40,143 bases of DNA, taken from NCBI GenBank assembly GCA_964478725.1, contig CAYZKS010000004.1, forward strand, positions 9,031 to 49,173. The letters run 5' to 3'. The stretch is from an uncultured Anaerolineales bacterium. Lineage in GTDB: Bacteria; Chloroflexota; Anaerolineae; UBA2200. Positions 36,461 through 40,143 of this stretch are shown in pieces. The number at the start of each line of letters is the position of its first letter. Position 1 is the stretch's first letter. The position numbers were made by a program, and so were the translations under genes. The notes beneath the pieces were generated by a model, which saw only the letters and a list, made by a program, of their open reading frames with translations, was not told the origin of the DNA and searched no databases.

Positions 36461-37450
36461 TTGAGCATACTCGTTGTCGGTTCGGTCGCACTGGATTCCA
36501 TCCAGACTCCTTTTGGCAAAGTCGAGGACGCCCTGGGCGGTTCGGCCACGTACTTTTCGGCCGCCGCGCGTCTGTATGACCAGGTAAACCTGGTCGCCGT
36601 TGTGGGCAGCGACTTTCCACAACAGCACATCGATTTCTTCAGAGAGCGACAGGTGAACATCGAGGGCCTGCAAATCGCGGAGGGCAAGACCTTCCGCTGG
36701 AGCGGCCGCTACGACTATGACCTAAACATCGCTGAGACACTGGACACCCAACTGAACGTCTTTGCCGACTTTCACCCGCAACTGCCCGAAAGCTATCGAG
36801 ACGCAGAGTACGTCTTCCTGGCCAACATCGACCCGGTCCTGCAGTTGGAGGTGCTGGAGCAGATCCGAAAGCCGCGCTTGACCGTGCTGGACACCATGAA
36901 CTACTGGATCAACTACCGTAAGGAAATGCTCACCAAGGCCATGTCTGCGGTGGACATCGTGCTCCTGAATGAGGCTGAAGCGCGCCAGTACGCCAAGACG
37001 TTTAGTCTGATCCGTGCCGCGCGCAAGATTCTGAGCCTGGGGCCCAAGGCCCTGGTGGTGAAAAAGGGCGAGTACGGGGCGGTCATGTTCGCCAACGGCG
37101 GCGTGCCCACCCATCGCTATTTCTACGCTCCCGCCTATCCGTTGGAGAAGATCCAGGATCCTACCGGAGCAGGCGACAGCTTTGCCGGTGGCTTCATCGG
37201 CTATCTGGCACAACAGGGCCACCCTACACACAGCGGCGAAACTGACAGCGCTGAGCACGCCATTCAGCGCGCCATCGTGCATGGCAGTGTCGTTGCCTCC
37301 TATACGGTCGAGGGCTTTGGCGTGGGACGCCTGAAGGAACTGACCACTGGCGACATCACGGCCCGCTATCGTGAGTTCAAGGATTTCACCAACTTTGAAC
37401 CCACGTGCCCCTGGGTCGATCAATGCGAGCACATGAAAAGCAGCCAATAG
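36461..37450 (+). CDS. PfkB family kinase (putative nucleoside/sugar kinase)
   Basis: VGSVALD, GGSATY, NEAE, KKGEYG, DPTGAGDSFAGG; TTG start after a purine-rich RBS. Confidence 0.88.
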   Translation: MSILVVGSVALDSIQTPFGKVEDALGGSATYFSAAARLYDQVNLVAVVGSDFPQQHIDFFRERQVNIEGLQIAEGKTFRWSGRYDYDLNIAETLDTQLNVFADFHPQLPESYRDAEYVFLANIDPVLQLEVLEQIRKPRLTVLDTMNYWINYRKEMLTKAMSAVDIVLLNEAEARQYAKTFSLIRAARKILSLGPKALVVKKGEYGAVMFANGGVPTHRYFYAPAYPLEKIQDPTGAGDSFAGGFIGYLAQQGHPTHSGETDSAEHAIQRAIVHGSVVASYTVEGFGVGRLKELTTGDITARYREFKDFTNFEPTCPWVDQCEHMKSSQ

Positions 37451-37498
37451 CACGTGTCCGCGTGAATGCATATCCAATACACAAATGGAGGAAGAGGA

Positions 37499-38704
37499 AT
37501 GAGGAACATCACAGTAGAGCGCCTGCACAAGACCCCTGTGGAGAAGCAGGCGGTTGAACTGGTTGAGCGCAAGGGCATCGGCCATCCCGACTCCATCTGC
37601 GACTCTATCATGGAGGCAACCTCGGTTGCGCTCTGCAGGCAATACCAGAAGACCTTCGGGCGCATCGTCCATCACAACATCGACAAGTGCCTGTTGGTGG
37701 CAGGCAAGACGTCACCGCATATCGGCGGAGGCAGCGTGGACGAACCCATGCGTCTGGTCTTCGGCGATCGTGCCATTTACGAGATCAACGGCAGAAAAGT
37801 GCCCGTAGGTGAGATCGCCATAGCCACGGCCGAAGAATGGCTGCACAAGAACCTGCGTTTCGTAGACCCGAAGCAGCATGTGGTCTTCCAGAACGAGATC
37901 AAGCCTGGCTCGCCCGAGTTGACGGACATCTTTGATCGCCAGGAGGTTGGCGCCAACGATACGTCCGCAGCCGTCGGATATGCGCCCTTTACTGACACCG
38001 AGCGTATCGTGCTGGCCACCGAGCACTACATCAACTCCAACGAGTTCAAGAGGCGCTACCCCGAGGCGGGCGAGGACATCAAGGTCATGGGCATGCGCCG
38101 CAAGCGCCATGTAACGCTGACCGTGGCCATGGCCTTCGTGGACCGCTTTGTGGAGAGCGAGAAGGGCTACTTTGCCCGCAAGGAGGAGATGCGGGCCGCC
38201 ATCGAGACCTTTGTGCGCAAGCAGAACTGCCAGTTTGACAAGGTCACCATCGATCTGAACACCCTGGATGTGGAGGGTCGAGGTGAGGACGGCATGTATC
38301 TGACGGTACTGGGCACTTCCGCGGAGGGTGGTGACTGCGGCCAGGTGGGCCGTGGCAACAAAGTTAACGGCGTGATTGCATTGAACCGACCGATGGGCAC
38401 TGAAGCCGCGGCCGGCAAGAACCCCGTTGCGCATGTGGGCAAGATCTACACCCTTCTCACGCACCAAATCGCTGGCAAGATCTACAACGAAGTCCCCGGC
38501 CTCACAGAGGTGTACGTATGGCTGTGCAGTCAAATCGGGCAGCCCATCGACAAACCGTTGATCGCTTCTGCGCAACTGGTGCTGCAGCCTGGGGCCAAGC
38601 TGAGCGACTTGCGCCAGCCCGTAGAAAACATCCTGGAACGTGAACTAGCGGAGATCTATGGCTTCACCAAGCGTTTGGCCAAGGGTGAATTCTCCGTGGT
38701 ATGA
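37499..38704 (+). CDS. mat: Archaeal-type methionine adenosyltransferase
   Basis: [47 protein letters not shown]. Confidence 0.92.
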   Translation: MRNITVERLHKTPVEKQAVELVERKGIGHPDSICDSIMEATSVALCRQYQKTFGRIVHHNIDKCLLVAGKTSPHIGGGSVDEPMRLVFGDRAIYEINGRKVPVGEIAIATAEEWLHKNLRFVDPKQHVVFQNEIKPGSPELTDIFDRQEVGANDTSAAVGYAPFTDTERIVLATEHYINSNEFKRRYPEAGEDIKVMGMRRKRHVTLTVAMAFVDRFVESEKGYFARKEEMRAAIETFVRKQNCQFDKVTIDLNTLDVEGRGEDGMYLTVLGTSAEGGDCGQVGRGNKVNGVIALNRPMGTEAAAGKNPVAHVGKIYTLLTHQIAGKIYNEVPGLTEVYVWLCSQIGQPIDKPLIASAQLVLQPGAKLSDLRQPVENILERELAEIYGFTKRLAKGEFSVV

Positions 38705-38709
38705 TCGTC

Positions 38710-38742
38710 AGAAACCCATTCTGTGGCAGAAAGTGGGTTTCT
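38710..38742. repeat. REP-like palindrome copy
   Basis: AGAAACCCATTCT..AGAAAGTGGGTTTCT. Confidence 0.6.
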
Positions 38743-38775
38743 CGGGAAGACTCGTCGAGAACTACAAGGAGCAAA

Positions 38776-40041
38776 ATGGCCAAGAAGAAGTACGATGTGA
38801 GAGATGTGTCTCTGGCCGAGAAGGGCAAGAACCGCATTCTGTGGGCCGAGCAGGAGATGCCGGTTTTGCGCCTGATCCGGGCGCGCTTTGCCAAAGAAAG
38901 GCCGTTGAAGAGCGTGCGCATCTCGGCTTGTCTGCACGTGACCACCGAGACTGCAAACCTCTTGCACACGCTGAAGACTGGCGGCGCGGACGTGGTAGTA
39001 TGCGCGTCCAACCCCTTATCCACCCAGGATGATGTGTCGGCTTCCCTGGTGGCTGACTGGGGTATCCCGGCCTTTGCCATCAAGGGCGAAGACCACCAGA
39101 CTTACTATCAACACATCAAGTCCGCACTGGCGCACGCACCGCAGATTACCATGGACGACGGCGCCGATCTGGTGTCCACACTGCACAAGGAACGCGCTGA
39201 CTTGATCGAAGGCGTTCTTGGCGGCACAGAAGAGACCACCACAGGCGTGATCCGTTTGCGCGCCATGGCCGCTGATGGGCTCTTGCCCTATCCTATCGTG
39301 GCTGTGAACGACGCCATGACCAAGCACCTCTTTGACAACCGCTACGGCACAGGGCAATCGACCATCGATGGCATCGTGCGGGCCACCAACATCCTCCTGG
39401 CTGGCAGGAATGTGGTGGTGGCTGGATACGGTTGGTGCAGCCGCGGCATCGCTGCACGCGCGCGTGGCATGGGCGCTCAGGTGATCATCACCGAAGTGGA
39501 CCCGCTGCGCGCCTTGGAGGCGGTCATGGACGGCTACCGCGTCATGCCCATGCTGGAAGCAGCTCGCATCGGCGGCGTGTTTGTGACTGCAACTGGCGGC
39601 ATGCACGAGATAGACAAAAAGCACATGGACGTCATGCCCAGCGGAGCAATCCTGGCCAACTCGGGGCACTTTAACGTCGAGATCAACATCCCGGCACTGG
39701 AGGCCATGGCTGTCGAGAAGCAGCGCGTGCGCGACTTTGTGGACCAGTACACGCTGAGCGACGGCCGCAAGCTTTCGCTGCTGGGCGAAGGACGCTTGAT
39801 CAACCTGGCGGCCGCTGAGGGCCACCCCGCAAGCGTCATGGACATGAGTTTCGCCAACCAGGCCCTGTGCGTGGAGTATATCGTCAAAAACGCCAGGAAG
39901 CTGAAGAAGCAGGTCTACAGCGTTCCGGAATCCATCGACAAAGAGGTCGCGCGCATCAAGCTGGAAGCGATGGGTATCCAGATCGACACGCTCACGCCAG
40001 AACAGAAAAAGTACCTGGAGTCCTGGGAAGAGGGTACCTAG
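38776..40041 (+). CDS. ahcY: Adenosylhomocysteinase
   Basis: [50 protein letters not shown]; ATG 38776 after AAGGAG. Confidence 0.97.
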   Translation: MAKKKYDVRDVSLAEKGKNRILWAEQEMPVLRLIRARFAKERPLKSVRISACLHVTTETANLLHTLKTGGADVVVCASNPLSTQDDVSASLVADWGIPAFAIKGEDHQTYYQHIKSALAHAPQITMDDGADLVSTLHKERADLIEGVLGGTEETTTGVIRLRAMAADGLLPYPIVAVNDAMTKHLFDNRYGTGQSTIDGIVRATNILLAGRNVVVAGYGWCSRGIAARARGMGAQVIITEVDPLRALEAVMDGYRVMPMLEAARIGGVFVTATGGMHEIDKKHMDVMPSGAILANSGHFNVEINIPALEAMAVEKQRVRDFVDQYTLSDGRKLSLLGEGRLINLAAAEGHPASVMDMSFANQALCVEYIVKNARKLKKQVYSVPESIDKEVARIKLEAMGIQIDTLTPEQKKYLESWEEGT

Positions 40042-40087
40042 AACAGGCACACAGCCGTGCCTGCGGCAGCGCCAAGTCGTCGCCATT

Positions 40088-40128
40088 GCCGGGTTCTCTG
40101 CCCCTCGGGGCAGAGAACCCGGTTTCTT
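40088..40128 (+). terminator. Terminator hairpin after ahcY
   Basis: CCGGGTTCTCTGCCCC-TC-GGGGCAGAGAACCCGG-TTTCTT. Confidence 0.8.
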
Positions 40129-40143
40129 GCCCAGTCAGTTTTA

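Noticed and set aside
39016-40086. Long antisense ORFs (also 30220-31173, 36722-37675, 37712-38575, 4274-5221)
   Set aside because: Shadows of well-supported genes in GC-rich DNA, with no recognisable motifs.

Overview
GC-rich bacterial window, probably Chloroflexota (Anaerolineae-like). This is inferred from a C-terminal YLPxxxR motif protein, a Tad locus without a secretin and the overall gene content. From left to right: a GNAT gene; a divergent enolase paralog paired with a glycerate-2-kinase-like gene; tRNA-Gly(CCC); and a minus-strand Tad/Flp pilus operon (cpaE-cpaB-cpaF-tadB-tadC-two flp pilins-prepilin peptidase-three TadE-like genes) followed by a secreted beta-propeller gene. One of the two flp genes is absent from the ORF track. 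Divergent from the Tad operon are a 1570-aa NACHT-HEAT-Ig-ATPase protein and an ATPase-OmpR/PhoB wHTH regulator, with 11-bp phased repeats between the two promoters. Next come a HAD hydrolase, nnr-DUF951-MFS-mnmE, and a polysaccharide locus (GT4, two Wzz/CapA-like genes, BY-kinase, rmlA, B12 radical SAM, rmlB). The window ends with a SAM-I riboswitch operon (mtnA, core methionine synthase, PfkB kinase, archaeal-type SAM synthetase, ahcY). The best candidate for an undescribed system is an NLR-like STAND sensor plus STAND-wHTH regulator that may control the Tad pilus. All family calls come from motif recognition by eye; no searches were run.
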